Origin: a bacterium
Lineage (GTDB): Bacteria > Patescibacteriota > Dojkabacteria > GCA-016699595
Assembly (NCBI GenBank): GCA_016699595.1
Contig: CP064982.1
Coordinates: forward strand, 276,563-340,562
Length of the DNA: 64,000 bases
Direction of reading: 5' to 3'
Positions 8,495 through 17,815 of this stretch are shown in pieces; position 1 is the first letter of the stretch; every line of letters begins with the position of its first letter. Both the position numbers and the translations under genes were made by a program. The notes under the pieces were generated by a model. That model had not been told where the DNA came from. It worked only from the letters and a program-made list of their open reading frames with translations, and made no database searches.

Positions 8495-10595
8495 AAGTAA
8501 AGATCAAGACTTGGTTTGATTCAGAGATTTCCTTCAATATATTTAAAGATTCTCGCTTCCTAGTATCATCAAATGTAATAAATGGGTCGTCCATAATGAT
8601 AGGAGATTGCTTTTCATTTGTCAACATTTTAAAGTAAGCAATCTTCAATAGCATAAAAATTTGACCAATTGCACCTACTGACAAAACATCTGTAGTAAGC
8701 CAATCTTGCTTAATAATTGAAAATACTTGTAAATTGAATTCATCATCTAACCTAGATTCAGTATATTGGTTGTTTGTAATTCTAGGTAAGTACTTATCAA
8801 TTTCAAGCTTCAATAAAGTAGATAAAGTTTTGGAAGTATTCTTCTTAGCTTTGTCAAGGTAAAATCTGACAAGTTCCAAACTGCGAAGTTTTTCTCTATA
8901 CTTCTCATAAATTTCCTTGCTGTATAACAATTCTTCTTCAAGCAAATTTATCTTTTCTTGGTTTATCTCACTATCATTGATACGAGTTTTCGCAATAACT
9001 TTTTGTTCTTCTAGTTTTGCCTTTTCATCATATAAATTATCAAGTTCAGTATCAATTTCAACTCTTCTTTCAGAACTAAATTCATAATCTCGATACTTTT
9101 CAACTTCACTAATTTCAATTTCTCTTTTTTTCAACAGAAGGTTATCAAGTTCAGATTTCTTTTCGACTAGATAGCTTTCGACATTTTGAACTAAATTCTC
9201 AGAACTAGAGGCTTGTATTTTGTTATTAAGGAAATTTGATATTTGATAGATATTTTCTTCTTTTGACTCTATTTGTATTTTCCTCTCATAAAATTCATTT
9301 TCTGAAGAAATACCCATCTCCCTAAATAAATCTTTTAAGTTAACTTCTTGTTGTTTCAGGTTGTTTTTTTTGTCGGAAATTTTATCTTCTAGATCATATA
9401 GGCTTCCTTTATCAAGTTTAGGTGTCCTTTTATTTAGAAATTGATAAGTTAGTAAAATCAGGATAGAGATAATGCTTCCAATTAACAATGGCCACCATTT
9501 CAAAATAATTAAAAATATACTTACTATAATTGTAAATGAATATCCCGTTAAAAGTATAAGTTTATTTTCTTTCTGCTTAAATCTACTACTTTCTTCGAAA
9601 TAAGTTTTTTTACTATTCAACTTAGATTCTAAGTCGGTGATGTCATTTTTAGTAATCTCAATTTTCTCTTTGATGCTGGCAATCTCTAGTTCATTTCTTT
9701 TGAAAGTATCAATATCAAAATCAATCGATTTTAAATCTCGTTCAAGTTCAGCAAATTGTTGTTTCAACAGACTAACCTCAGATATTTCCTTTTGAATTAC
9801 TTTCACGAGATTCTCATTTTCAAATAGCTTTTGTTTACCAGCCTCAAGAATACTATTGTTTTCTAGTGATTTAGCTAAGACTTCAATTCTTTCTTTAACT
9901 TTATCAAGTCTCAAACTACTTTCATCCTTGATTTTTATACTTTCTATATACTTTTGAAATTGAGACTTTGATATATCTATATCTGAATCAAGTTTTGCAA
10001 TTTTTTCTTCTAATTGCCTGATAGGTCCAGGATTATTGGAAGCACGGCTAACTCCTCTTGTCAAATCATTTATTTCATTTGAAATATTCAAGATAACTTT
10101 ATTGATATCACCTTCATCTTTGTTTCCAGAGGCAATTTTACTCAAGGCATCATTGATTTTGGCTACATCATCTAAGTTTGACATTTCATGTCCATTCAAA
10201 ATTCCGACAGCACGATATATAAAATCATTTTGTATTCCCAAAAAGGTATCTATCTTCTTTTTAATTTGATCTGCTGAACTTTCTTCAATATTGTCAGTCA
10301 AATTTGTCAATTTACTTGCTTTTTGATTATAATCACGACTAAGTTTATACTTTTTTTCTTCATACTCAAATTCCAATTCCACAATTGGTTTCATCTCGTT
10401 TTTCCAATGCTTAACTTTTTCAAAAAAGACTTTCGAGTTTGTTGATGCATCAACGAAGAGTGCAGAAAGTATTCCTGCAATTATAGTCGATTTCCCTTTC
10501 TCGTTTTCACCGTAAATAATCTCAAGCGAATTAAACTTGACTGTAAAATTAGCAAACCTTTTGAAGTTTTGAAGATGCAAACTAGTAAATTTCAT
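8457..10595 (-). CDS. SbcC/Rad50-like SMC-type ATPase with a central TM hairpin (YhaN/SbcE-like).
   Basis: N-terminal Walker A 'GENEKGKST', long coiled coils, and a C-terminal signature/D-loop region '…MDDPFITFDDTRKRE…'. Two predicted TM helices sit mid-protein (LILLTGYSFTIIVSIFLIIL / WWPLLIGSIISILILL). Confidence 0.75.
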   Translation of the reverse strand: MKFTSLHLQNFKRFANFTVKFNSLEIIYGENEKGKSTIIAGILSALFVDASTNSKVFFEKVKHWKNEMKPIVELEFEYEEKKYKLSRDYNQKASKLTNLTDNIEESSADQIKKKIDTFLGIQNDFIYRAVGILNGHEMSNLDDVAKINDALSKIASGNKDEGDINKVILNISNEINDLTRGVSRASNNPGPIRQLEEKIAKLDSDIDISKSQFQKYIESIKIKDESSLRLDKVKERIEVLAKSLENNSILEAGKQKLFENENLVKVIQKEISEVSLLKQQFAELERDLKSIDFDIDTFKRNELEIASIKEKIEITKNDITDLESKLNSKKTYFEESSRFKQKENKLILLTGYSFTIIVSIFLIILKWWPLLIGSIISILILLTYQFLNKRTPKLDKGSLYDLEDKISDKKNNLKQQEVNLKDLFREMGISSENEFYERKIQIESKEENIYQISNFLNNKIQASSSENLVQNVESYLVEKKSELDNLLLKKREIEISEVEKYRDYEFSSERRVEIDTELDNLYDEKAKLEEQKVIAKTRINDSEINQEKINLLEEELLYSKEIYEKYREKLRSLELVRFYLDKAKKNTSKTLSTLLKLEIDKYLPRITNNQYTESRLDDEFNLQVFSIIKQDWLTTDVLSVGAIGQIFMLLKIAYFKMLTNEKQSPIIMDDPFITFDDTRKRESLNILKEISESNQVLIFTCDKSLPITQNIV

Positions 10596-10604
10596 TTTTG
10601 TAAC

Positions 10605-11732
10605 TTAATTTCCTTTCAATAACTTGATACCTAAATTCAAAGCTCTTGCTAGATCCATGTTGTCAGGATTATTTTCAATATCTTGTTGAAGTAGCTTGAT
10701 AAATTCTGAAGATATAGTTCCTTCTTCAAATAAATGTTCAAAATCAAAGTTCATAGAAGTATATGGCTCCTCTTTCACAGTATACTTGATGACATAAAAT
10801 TCATTTCTGATTTGCTCGATAACTTCCTCTAAATTAATCCCATTTTTACTTACCCCTACAAAACTAATTGTAATTACATTGCTCTTTTCTTTGTTTGTAT
10901 AGGTTTTGATTTTTGCAGAAACTTTTTCTGCAGTATCAAAGATATCAAGATCAAGTTTTAGAGAAATAAATTCTCTTGAATTGATTGGTACAATCTTTAC
11001 TTTTACAATTTTTTTGTAATCACTATTTTCAAATTCAATCAATAAAACATTCCCACTTCCTTTTTCAGAGTAATTTATAAAATCAGGAGAGCCAGAATAG
11101 TACGCCTTCACATTTGTGCCTATATCCAAAGTAGAATGCCAATCTCCCAAAGCTATATAGTCTGCTTTTGTTTTTTCAATCTCATCTTTAGAAATTGGAA
11201 AGTTGTCAGAAATTCCAAATAAATTTAACGAACCGTGAGCTATAACTATATGAAAGTTTGGATCATTTTCAATGGCATTCTTATTTATTTCAGAAACAAT
11301 TGGTGCAAGTGGGGAAACTTTTGATTTTTTGCTCTTTATTACGCTGGGGTAAATCCATACCTTACTTTCAGCAAAAAATTTTGGAGTATTATCTTTGAAA
11401 ACAAAAATGTTTTTGTCACTTTTCCAAACTTCATTTGTCCAAACAGAAGATTCTTCAAGCAAATCATGGTTCCCTGGTATGATGAGTGACTTTATTTCGT
11501 TATCACTTAGTCTATATAGTTGGTCGCGAAAAAAATTTATACTTATATCGGAAGGATACGAAGTGTCAAAAATATCTCCAGCAAATATTATAAAGCTCAC
11601 AGCTTCATTTATTGCTAAATCTACAATTCTTTCTAAACTACTTTTGATCGAATTTCTGTGTTTTGATGAGCCTTCTCCCATCCAAGCAAATTTTGCTCCA
11701 ATATGAATGTCGGAAGTGTGTATGATTTTCAA
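10605..11732 (-). CDS. Mre11/SbcD-like metallophosphoesterase nuclease (YhaO/SbcF-like), partner of the adjacent ATPase.
   Basis: Calcineurin-like phosphoesterase motifs 'IIHTSDIHIG', 'FIIFAGDIFD', 'IIPGNHD', 'HGS'. Sits immediately upstream of the SbcC-like gene with a 9-nt gap. Confidence 0.8.
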   Translation of the reverse strand: MKIIHTSDIHIGAKFAWMGEGSSKHRNSIKSSLERIVDLAINEAVSFIIFAGDIFDTSYPSDISINFFRDQLYRLSDNEIKSLIIPGNHDLLEESSVWTNEVWKSDKNIFVFKDNTPKFFAESKVWIYPSVIKSKKSKVSPLAPIVSEINKNAIENDPNFHIVIAHGSLNLFGISDNFPISKDEIEKTKADYIALGDWHSTLDIGTNVKAYYSGSPDFINYSEKGSGNVLLIEFENSDYKKIVKVKIVPINSREFISLKLDLDIFDTAEKVSAKIKTYTNKEKSNVITISFVGVSKNGINLEEVIEQIRNEFYVIKYTVKEEPYTSMNFDFEHLFEEGTISSEFIKLLQQDIENNPDNMDLARALNLGIKLLKGN

Positions 11733-11743
11733 TATATAGTTAT

Positions 11744-14263
11744 TTAAATATAACTTGGTATTTCAAACTTCACTTTGTATAGTTTATTTGTATCTAGTAT
11801 ATACAAATAGTCATCAATAAATGTGATACTAATTATATTGCCAAATTCAGTTCCCTTATCGTTAAACTTCAAAGAATACAAATATTCAAGTTTATTTTGA
11901 TCCAACTCATTATCTTTGCCCATCAATACAACTCTTTTATTTTTATTATCTATAAATATTATTCTGCTATCATCTAAAACAAATTTGCCAAAAGTGTCAA
12001 TGGGTAAAACCATATTGGTCGGCATATTTATAGTTACTTCCTTGCCTCCAAAATACTTTTTGACTCCTTGTGAGGTTAGCACCCAAACATTACCGTCAAT
12101 TTGTAAATCCAATCCCTGCTTAAAAATTTCTTGTTCGTCCCTAACTTCCAGTTTTCCGTATGCATTTACAGTTTTCAAAGATCTTCTTATTTGTCCAGTT
12201 GACCTTGATAATGTATAAAGGTATTCGTTACTTCCTACATCATAACTTTTCATTGAAGTTATATCTCCTACTACTTCATAAGAAAGTGAATCAATTTTTT
12301 CAATTGTCAAAGATGCAGATAGTCTGTACATTCCTAATGATGTATAAATTAGCAAATTATTATCTAAATCCTTACTAACTAATAATATGTCATTTAGTTT
12401 TGGCTCCAAAATTTGTTTGAATCCTATGTTTGCAAGATTACTTTGGTACAAATACCCTTTAGAATCAGCTACAAATATATTTCCATTTACTACTTCCAAG
12501 CCAATTGGAGATATGTTTTGGAAATTTGATTTTAAATCTTGCAATACATAGGAAGAATTGATAATTGAATTTTTTTCGATTTTATTCTTTGTCTGTGATA
12601 TCAAAGATTTCAAATTTGATAATTGAGTATTTATCTCGTTTCTTTTAACTGAATCAGTCAATGTGTTTTTTGTAGTAGCATTTTCGACATTTTTTAAAGC
12701 TTGAGTTAGTAAATCATTTGATCTACTTGCATTAAGAGATGCTTGAGAATTAGCATTTTTTTGATAATCTTGTGCAAGTTTAATTAAATTTGCTATATCG
12801 TTATATAAATCCTGTTGCTGTTTCTTCTCCTTATTGCTTTGAATAATTAAATTAGTTACGAAAATAACTAAAATTATCAAAATAACAATTGCAAGTAACT
12901 TTTGTTTGGATATATTTTTAATTAAAAATCCTCGTTTGTTCAATTCATCAGTATCGTTGGCTCCTAGATCATGGTTAGGTTTCTTAAATTTATTTTTGAA
13001 TCTATAAGAAACATCATTAGAGACTATATGTTTTTTTTCACCTGGATTTAAGTTTTTAATTTTGTCAGACATTTGTGTTTTTATATTTTTAAACATAAGC
13101 TGTAAAGATTGCGACATCGAAATGACAAGTTTATTTAAATGAGTGAATTGCTTTTTCAATTCTTCACTTTGATTCACGTCTGAATGTAAATTTTCCATTG
13201 TGGGAAATTTCTTACCCTTAGAAATATTTGATATATCAAAATTTTTCATCTCCCTAATTATTCTATTATTTTTTGAAGATTCTCTGTTTTTATAATTAAT
13301 TGAAAATATTTCTTCTGCAAACTCTGGTGTAACTTTTCTATCCGCATTTGGAAAATTCTTTGCGATATATTCATTACTGTGATTTTTGAAGAACAATCCC
13401 TTTTCAACATTCTTTTCTTTCTTCATTTCCTTTGAGGTATCTAAATTTGTTGCAAAGCCTTCTTTAGTGTTAAATTTCAATAAATCACTGTCACTATCGG
13501 AAATAGGACTATTTGCTGCAAATATAAAACCTGAAGATGAATCAGTGCCCAAATGATCACTTTTATGATTGATTGTAGGATTTACATTTACACGAGGAGG
13601 TATCAATTTTGGTTTTGTTGCAAACTTTAGTGCAAAAATTCCTAAGCCAACTTCATTTTTCAGTGGAGTCATATACAAACTTTCAAAATTCATTGTGCGT
13701 AAACAATTATCAAACTTAACACCAAGAATCTTCTGCTTAGTTTCATTTTCATAAGTTATTATTGTATCAGTAGGAGTAAGAATAACGGAAAAAGTCTTGA
13801 TCTCGGAATTTAGATTATCCTTGAAATATGAGTTCATATGAAAAATTGTTCCCTCTCTTTCAATATCTGTATATATCTCACCGATTTTTGCAAAATAAGC
13901 AATATTATCCTTTATCGAAATAAGTATACAATTTAAATCAATTTTTTGATCAAGCTCAACCTTATTTGTCTTAACTAACTTCAATAATTCACTTTTCAAA
14001 TTCATCAAAGTAATTTCAAGTGATTCATAAACTTTTCTGCCATCATTATCATAAAAATCTTTCAATATGAAATTTTTTAAAATATCTGCACTCTTGCTAG
14101 AATCAAAAAAATTCTCACATGAAATATTTATCAAACCAAATAATCTGCCCTTTGCAGGACTTTCTATGTAATTTTCTGCGTGACTAAAGACCAAACTACA
14201 TGCATCTTTCTCGTTCGTCTTAGAAATAAATGATGAAATTTTGATTGGATCATATAAGTTCAT
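11744..14263 (-). CDS. Large membrane protein: an N-terminal PP2C-like (apparently degenerate) domain, one TM helix, then an extracytoplasmic coiled coil plus a beta-propeller-like C-terminal domain.
   Basis: N-terminal region aligns by eye to PP2C motifs but with the metal-binding Asp residues replaced ('LFGLINISCE' in place of LFxVxDGxGG, and 'AKIGEIY' in place of ANVGDSR). TM helix 'LLAIVILIILVIFVTNLII'. C-terminal repeats such as 'NGNIFVADSKGYLYQ'. The architecture resembles PstP-type phosphatases. Domain calls are inference. Confidence 0.45.
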   Translation of the reverse strand: MNLYDPIKISSFISKTNEKDACSLVFSHAENYIESPAKGRLFGLINISCENFFDSSKSADILKNFILKDFYDNDGRKVYESLEITLMNLKSELLKLVKTNKVELDQKIDLNCILISIKDNIAYFAKIGEIYTDIEREGTIFHMNSYFKDNLNSEIKTFSVILTPTDTIITYENETKQKILGVKFDNCLRTMNFESLYMTPLKNEVGLGIFALKFATKPKLIPPRVNVNPTINHKSDHLGTDSSSGFIFAANSPISDSDSDLLKFNTKEGFATNLDTSKEMKKEKNVEKGLFFKNHSNEYIAKNFPNADRKVTPEFAEEIFSINYKNRESSKNNRIIREMKNFDISNISKGKKFPTMENLHSDVNQSEELKKQFTHLNKLVISMSQSLQLMFKNIKTQMSDKIKNLNPGEKKHIVSNDVSYRFKNKFKKPNHDLGANDTDELNKRGFLIKNISKQKLLAIVILIILVIFVTNLIIQSNKEKKQQQDLYNDIANLIKLAQDYQKNANSQASLNASRSNDLLTQALKNVENATTKNTLTDSVKRNEINTQLSNLKSLISQTKNKIEKNSIINSSYVLQDLKSNFQNISPIGLEVVNGNIFVADSKGYLYQSNLANIGFKQILEPKLNDILLVSKDLDNNLLIYTSLGMYRLSASLTIEKIDSLSYEVVGDITSMKSYDVGSNEYLYTLSRSTGQIRRSLKTVNAYGKLEVRDEQEIFKQGLDLQIDGNVWVLTSQGVKKYFGGKEVTINMPTNMVLPIDTFGKFVLDDSRIIFIDNKNKRVVLMGKDNELDQNKLEYLYSLKFNDKGTEFGNIISITFIDDYLYILDTNKLYKVKFEIPSYI

Positions 14264-14270
14264 TTACTAA

Positions 14271-14606
14271 TTAGAAATTTAGTTTCTTGCCATAGTGAAT
14301 AATAACCTCAATAATGATTTCTAGTAATGCTACAAAAATGACGTAATCTATCCAAAAATTATTTACTAAAAATGTTTTGGGAAACCTAGTTGAGTCTATA
14401 TTAGGATTAAAATAAATAGTTACAGGAAATTTCTCGGTTTCTACCTCGCCATTACCATATTTGGAATAATCTTGTTCCAATATATGCAAAGGAAATCCAA
14501 ACTCAAAACTTTTGGTCTGATAAACATTAGAAATCCAAAAACTTCCTAAAGTAGTTGCAGATACTATAAATAAAGCTATAAGTAATATTATTGAATGTCG
14601 ATACAT
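14271..14606 (-). CDS. Small membrane protein, hypothetical.
   Basis: 111-aa ORF with an N-terminal TM helix, tightly packed between lepB and the 839-aa gene. Confidence 0.4.
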   Translation of the reverse strand: MYRHSIILLIALFIVSATTLGSFWISNVYQTKSFEFGFPLHILEQDYSKYGNGEVETEKFPVTIYFNPNIDSTRFPKTFLVNNFWIDYVIFVALLEIIIEVIIHYGKKLNF

Positions 14607-14639
14607 ATATTAAATATTAAAAAATTGATAACTGAAACT

Positions 14640-15335
14640 TTACTTAAATGGATTGTTCAGAATTCCCAATTTGTCTAAAGGAAAAATCCTAAAGAATACT
14701 TTTCCTTTCAATGATTTTCTTAATACAAAACCAATGTCTGAATACCTTGAATCTCTACTATTTCCTCGATTATCTCCCATAACAAAATAAGAATTGGGAG
14801 GTACAGTTGATTCCTTACCTTCTATCAATGTTGAAGTATTCGGTAAGTATGTTTTGTCTTTGTTGTTTACTGTTTTTGAACTAACTCCAATAATTTCATT
14901 TCGAAAAGTACCATCAGCTAGATAATTTTCAATCACTTTATCTCCATTTACATACAACAATCCATCTTGAATCATCACTTTATCTCCTGGAAGAGCAACT
15001 ATTCTTTTAATTAAATCCTCTTCTTGAGTAGTACTTGACAAGTGAAAGGTGATAATGTCGCCGCGTTCGTAGTCGCCAAATACTTTGTATAAAGGTGAAT
15101 TTGCTCCACCAAATATTTGGACCAGCTTATTTGTAAGAAGTATATCGTGATCTTGAAGTGTTTCTCGCATAGATTCTCCCTTTACTTCGTTTGGAGTTAT
15201 TATAAATAAATATAATATAACAACAATAGCCAAAGCTATAACAATTGTTTGAAGAAAGTTTATAAATCCAGAACCTGCTACTGGTACATCAAGAGGATCA
15301 GTTAAAAATGGATTTTTTGTTTCAAATAGTGACAT
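14640..15335 (-). CDS. lepB: Signal peptidase I.
   Basis: N-terminal TM, catalytic Ser box 'GESMRETL' and 'GDNRGNSRDSR' (SPase I box E). Confidence 0.9.
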   Translation of the reverse strand: MSLFETKNPFLTDPLDVPVAGSGFINFLQTIVIALAIVVILYLFIITPNEVKGESMRETLQDHDILLTNKLVQIFGGANSPLYKVFGDYERGDIITFHLSSTTQEEDLIKRIVALPGDKVMIQDGLLYVNGDKVIENYLADGTFRNEIIGVSSKTVNNKDKTYLPNTSTLIEGKESTVPPNSYFVMGDNRGNSRDSRYSDIGFVLRKSLKGKVFFRIFPLDKLGILNNPFK

Positions 15336-15344
15336 AAATATAAT

Positions 15345-15962
15345 TTATTGAATAATTTTACCTTCAGTTAGTTCTGAAAACTTGCTCTGTTTTATGTTTT
15401 CATCAAAAACCTTTATTTCAATGTATCTCCCCAGCAAATTACTGATATCTTCAATATCTGAACTATAAGGAGATTCTTTATCATCAATCATTCGCATTTT
15501 TTTGTAATCAAGTAGTAAAATTAACCTTGATGGCATAGACAAATTCGTATCAATATTAAGTAGCACAAAATCATACTTTTTTGTAAACCAAAATGAGTCT
15601 AATTCACTCCATTTGTAAAATTTACCTGATACTTTCAAACCTTTTGTAGTAATTTCATGTGCAACACTTTCTGGAGGTACTGTTGCCATAATAAATATCA
15701 AAAAAATTAATGATATTGCAAGTATTATCAAAATAATTTCACCCATAAACGCTAGAAATAAAATTATAAAGAGAAAAATCATACTAACTTTCAAAAACCA
15801 ATCTTTGGTCCTTGCTACAAAAACACGCTCCGGAGCATCCCATTTATAAAGTGTTTTTATAAGTTCATTTGAGCTTTTATTTCCCAATTGCAATTCCAGA
15901 TCTGCAATCTTTTTTTCTAGCTCAACAACCTTGTCAGAGTTATCTGAAGATAGTAATCCCAT
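15345..15962 (-). CDS. Hypothetical membrane protein with an N-terminal coiled coil and two TM helices. Possibly bPH-like.
   Basis: ORF structure only. No motif recognised. Confidence 0.4.
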   Translation of the reverse strand: MGLLSSDNSDKVVELEKKIADLELQLGNKSSNELIKTLYKWDAPERVFVARTKDWFLKVSMIFLFIILFLAFMGEIILIILAISLIFLIFIMATVPPESVAHEITTKGLKVSGKFYKWSELDSFWFTKKYDFVLLNIDTNLSMPSRLILLLDYKKMRMIDDKESPYSSDIEDISNLLGRYIEIKVFDENIKQSKFSELTEGKIIQ

Positions 15963-16033
15963 ACAGAAAGAATACTAATTTTGGAAGACAAAATCAAGTA
16001 ATAAATGATTTTTATAGATCTATAGAATGAACA

Positions 16034-17056
16034 TTATCTAGAAAAGTACTCTTCTAGGCTAATTTGCAAGATTGCAGCTACTGGAATAGCCAAAACAGCA
16101 CCTGCAGCACCGAGTAATGTTGTTCCCGATAGAACAGCAAACAATGTTACAAGTGGATTTAATCCTACAGTTTTATGCATAAGTTTTGGTACTATAAAGT
16201 TGCCTTGAATTTGTTGCCATATCAACACTGCAACAAGATAAATGATTACCAAAATTGGTTCTTCGCCAGTTGCTAAAGCCAAAACTGATGCTAAAGGAAT
16301 TTGCAAAGCGGTTCCAAAATTTGGAATAAGTTCAAATAATCCGGCTATTATTCCCATAGGAATTGCAAACTCAAAGCCTAGTACTGTAAACAATAATGTT
16401 GTAACAATAGCTGAAGTTAGGCAGATAATTAGTTGACTTCTAAACCACATACCTACCTTTGTTACGATCTTGAAAAATATTAGCTGAAATCTTTGTGTAT
16501 CTTTAATGCCAAGCTTATTCAATATTTTTAAAACATCTCTTTGATCAATATTTAAAGAAAGCATAAATCCTGACATTACTAAAACAATAAAAGAATTGAA
16601 TAAAAACTGCATAGAGCTACTAAATATGTTACCTAGATTTGAAATAATGGATACAACTGAGTCAGTATTCGTACTAGACATTATTTCTTTGATGATTTCA
16701 TCGGTATTCAGTTGTTGACCAAATTGAGGAAAAGTTCCACTTATCCAAGCAATAATCCTTTCAATTATGGTCGGAAGATTTTGATAAAACACATTAAACT
16801 GTTCAAACAGTGGGATTGAGACTAATGTAACTAACAATACTAATATTATAAAAGTCAAAATAAATACTGTTATTATAGAAAAAGTTTTGGAAAAATCTTT
16901 TGATCTAAGAAAATTGACTATTGGAAGAAATGCACTATATAAAATAAACGCAAAAAATAGTAAGACAAAAACAGTTTTCAATTCCATTGCAATTGAAAAC
17001 AAGCTAATCACAATCAGAATCATTAGTATTGTTTTGGGTTTAATCTCTATTACCAT
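16034..17056 (-). CDS. AI-2E family transporter (PerM/YhhT/TqsA-like, UPF0118).
   Basis: Eight-TM pattern and a C-terminal '…GLNPLVTLFAVLSGTTLLGAAGAVLAIPVAAIL' typical of AI-2E/UPF0118 permeases. Confidence 0.8.
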   Translation of the reverse strand: MVIEIKPKTILMILIVISLFSIAMELKTVFVLLFFAFILYSAFLPIVNFLRSKDFSKTFSIITVFILTFIILVLLVTLVSIPLFEQFNVFYQNLPTIIERIIAWISGTFPQFGQQLNTDEIIKEIMSSTNTDSVVSIISNLGNIFSSSMQFLFNSFIVLVMSGFMLSLNIDQRDVLKILNKLGIKDTQRFQLIFFKIVTKVGMWFRSQLIICLTSAIVTTLLFTVLGFEFAIPMGIIAGLFELIPNFGTALQIPLASVLALATGEEPILVIIYLVAVLIWQQIQGNFIVPKLMHKTVGLNPLVTLFAVLSGTTLLGAAGAVLAIPVAAILQISLEEYFSR

Positions 17057-17076
17057 ATTTTTAATTGTATTACATT

Positions 17077-17811
17077 TTATATAATTCTCGCAGTTATTAC
17101 AATCCTTTGTTTATCAGATCCAATAGGTGTACAAGTGACCAACTTTATAGATTGGAAGCCTTCATTTTTGACAGCTGACCAATCAGTTTTCTCTACTATT
17201 CTTGTATCAATGACCTGATATTTGTATATTTGACCCTTCCAGCTAATTTCAATGCTTTCTCCTACATGAACTTTGTCTAAATTATAAAATGTTTCTGTTT
17301 TTGGAGGCATATGATAATACCTATGACCATATATAACAGTAGTACCAATTACTTCAGGTGTAAACCCATTTGGATAAACCCAGAAGCCCTTTGTCATTGC
17401 AGCTTCACCCTCATTCATCGATCCTTCAACAAGTCCACCTTTTATCTTCGGATTACTTATCATCAAAGAATTTGATTGAAGATTGGATACTTCTTGAATT
17501 AGTTTAGTTTGTTCATCATTTGGAATACTATCATCAAAAGTAATTTCACTTGCATTTACATTCTCCAGAAATGGAGAACTATCTTTGAAGTTAGCAATGT
17601 TTATTGTACCTGGGAGTTCAATTTGATTTTCCAATATCAAAGGATTTGCAAGTATATTCCCAGATAAAGTTTGATAGTTATAAATCACATATGTCATCAG
17701 AAACACAGATGAAAGTAAACTTATTACCTGCATCTGCATTCTGAAAACTTTTCTTATTCTTGCTTTTCTTCTTTGATAATTAATACCTTTTAGTAAATTC
17801 ATATCAAACAA
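17077..17811 (-). CDS. Sortase-family transpeptidase.
   Basis: N-terminal membrane anchor, a catalytic His in 'VIYGHRYY', and the active-site Cys in 'IKLVTCTP' (TLxTC motif). Confidence 0.8.
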   Translation of the reverse strand: MFDMNLLKGINYQRRKARIRKVFRMQMQVISLLSSVFLMTYVIYNYQTLSGNILANPLILENQIELPGTINIANFKDSSPFLENVNASEITFDDSIPNDEQTKLIQEVSNLQSNSLMISNPKIKGGLVEGSMNEGEAAMTKGFWVYPNGFTPEVIGTTVIYGHRYYHMPPKTETFYNLDKVHVGESIEISWKGQIYKYQVIDTRIVEKTDWSAVKNEGFQSIKLVTCTPIGSDKQRIVITARII

Positions 17812-17815
17812 TTTA

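Noticed and set aside
10036-13754. Assorted 60-100-aa plus-strand ORFs inside the SbcC-like, SbcD-like and 839-aa genes
   Set aside because: Antisense to well-supported long CDSs.
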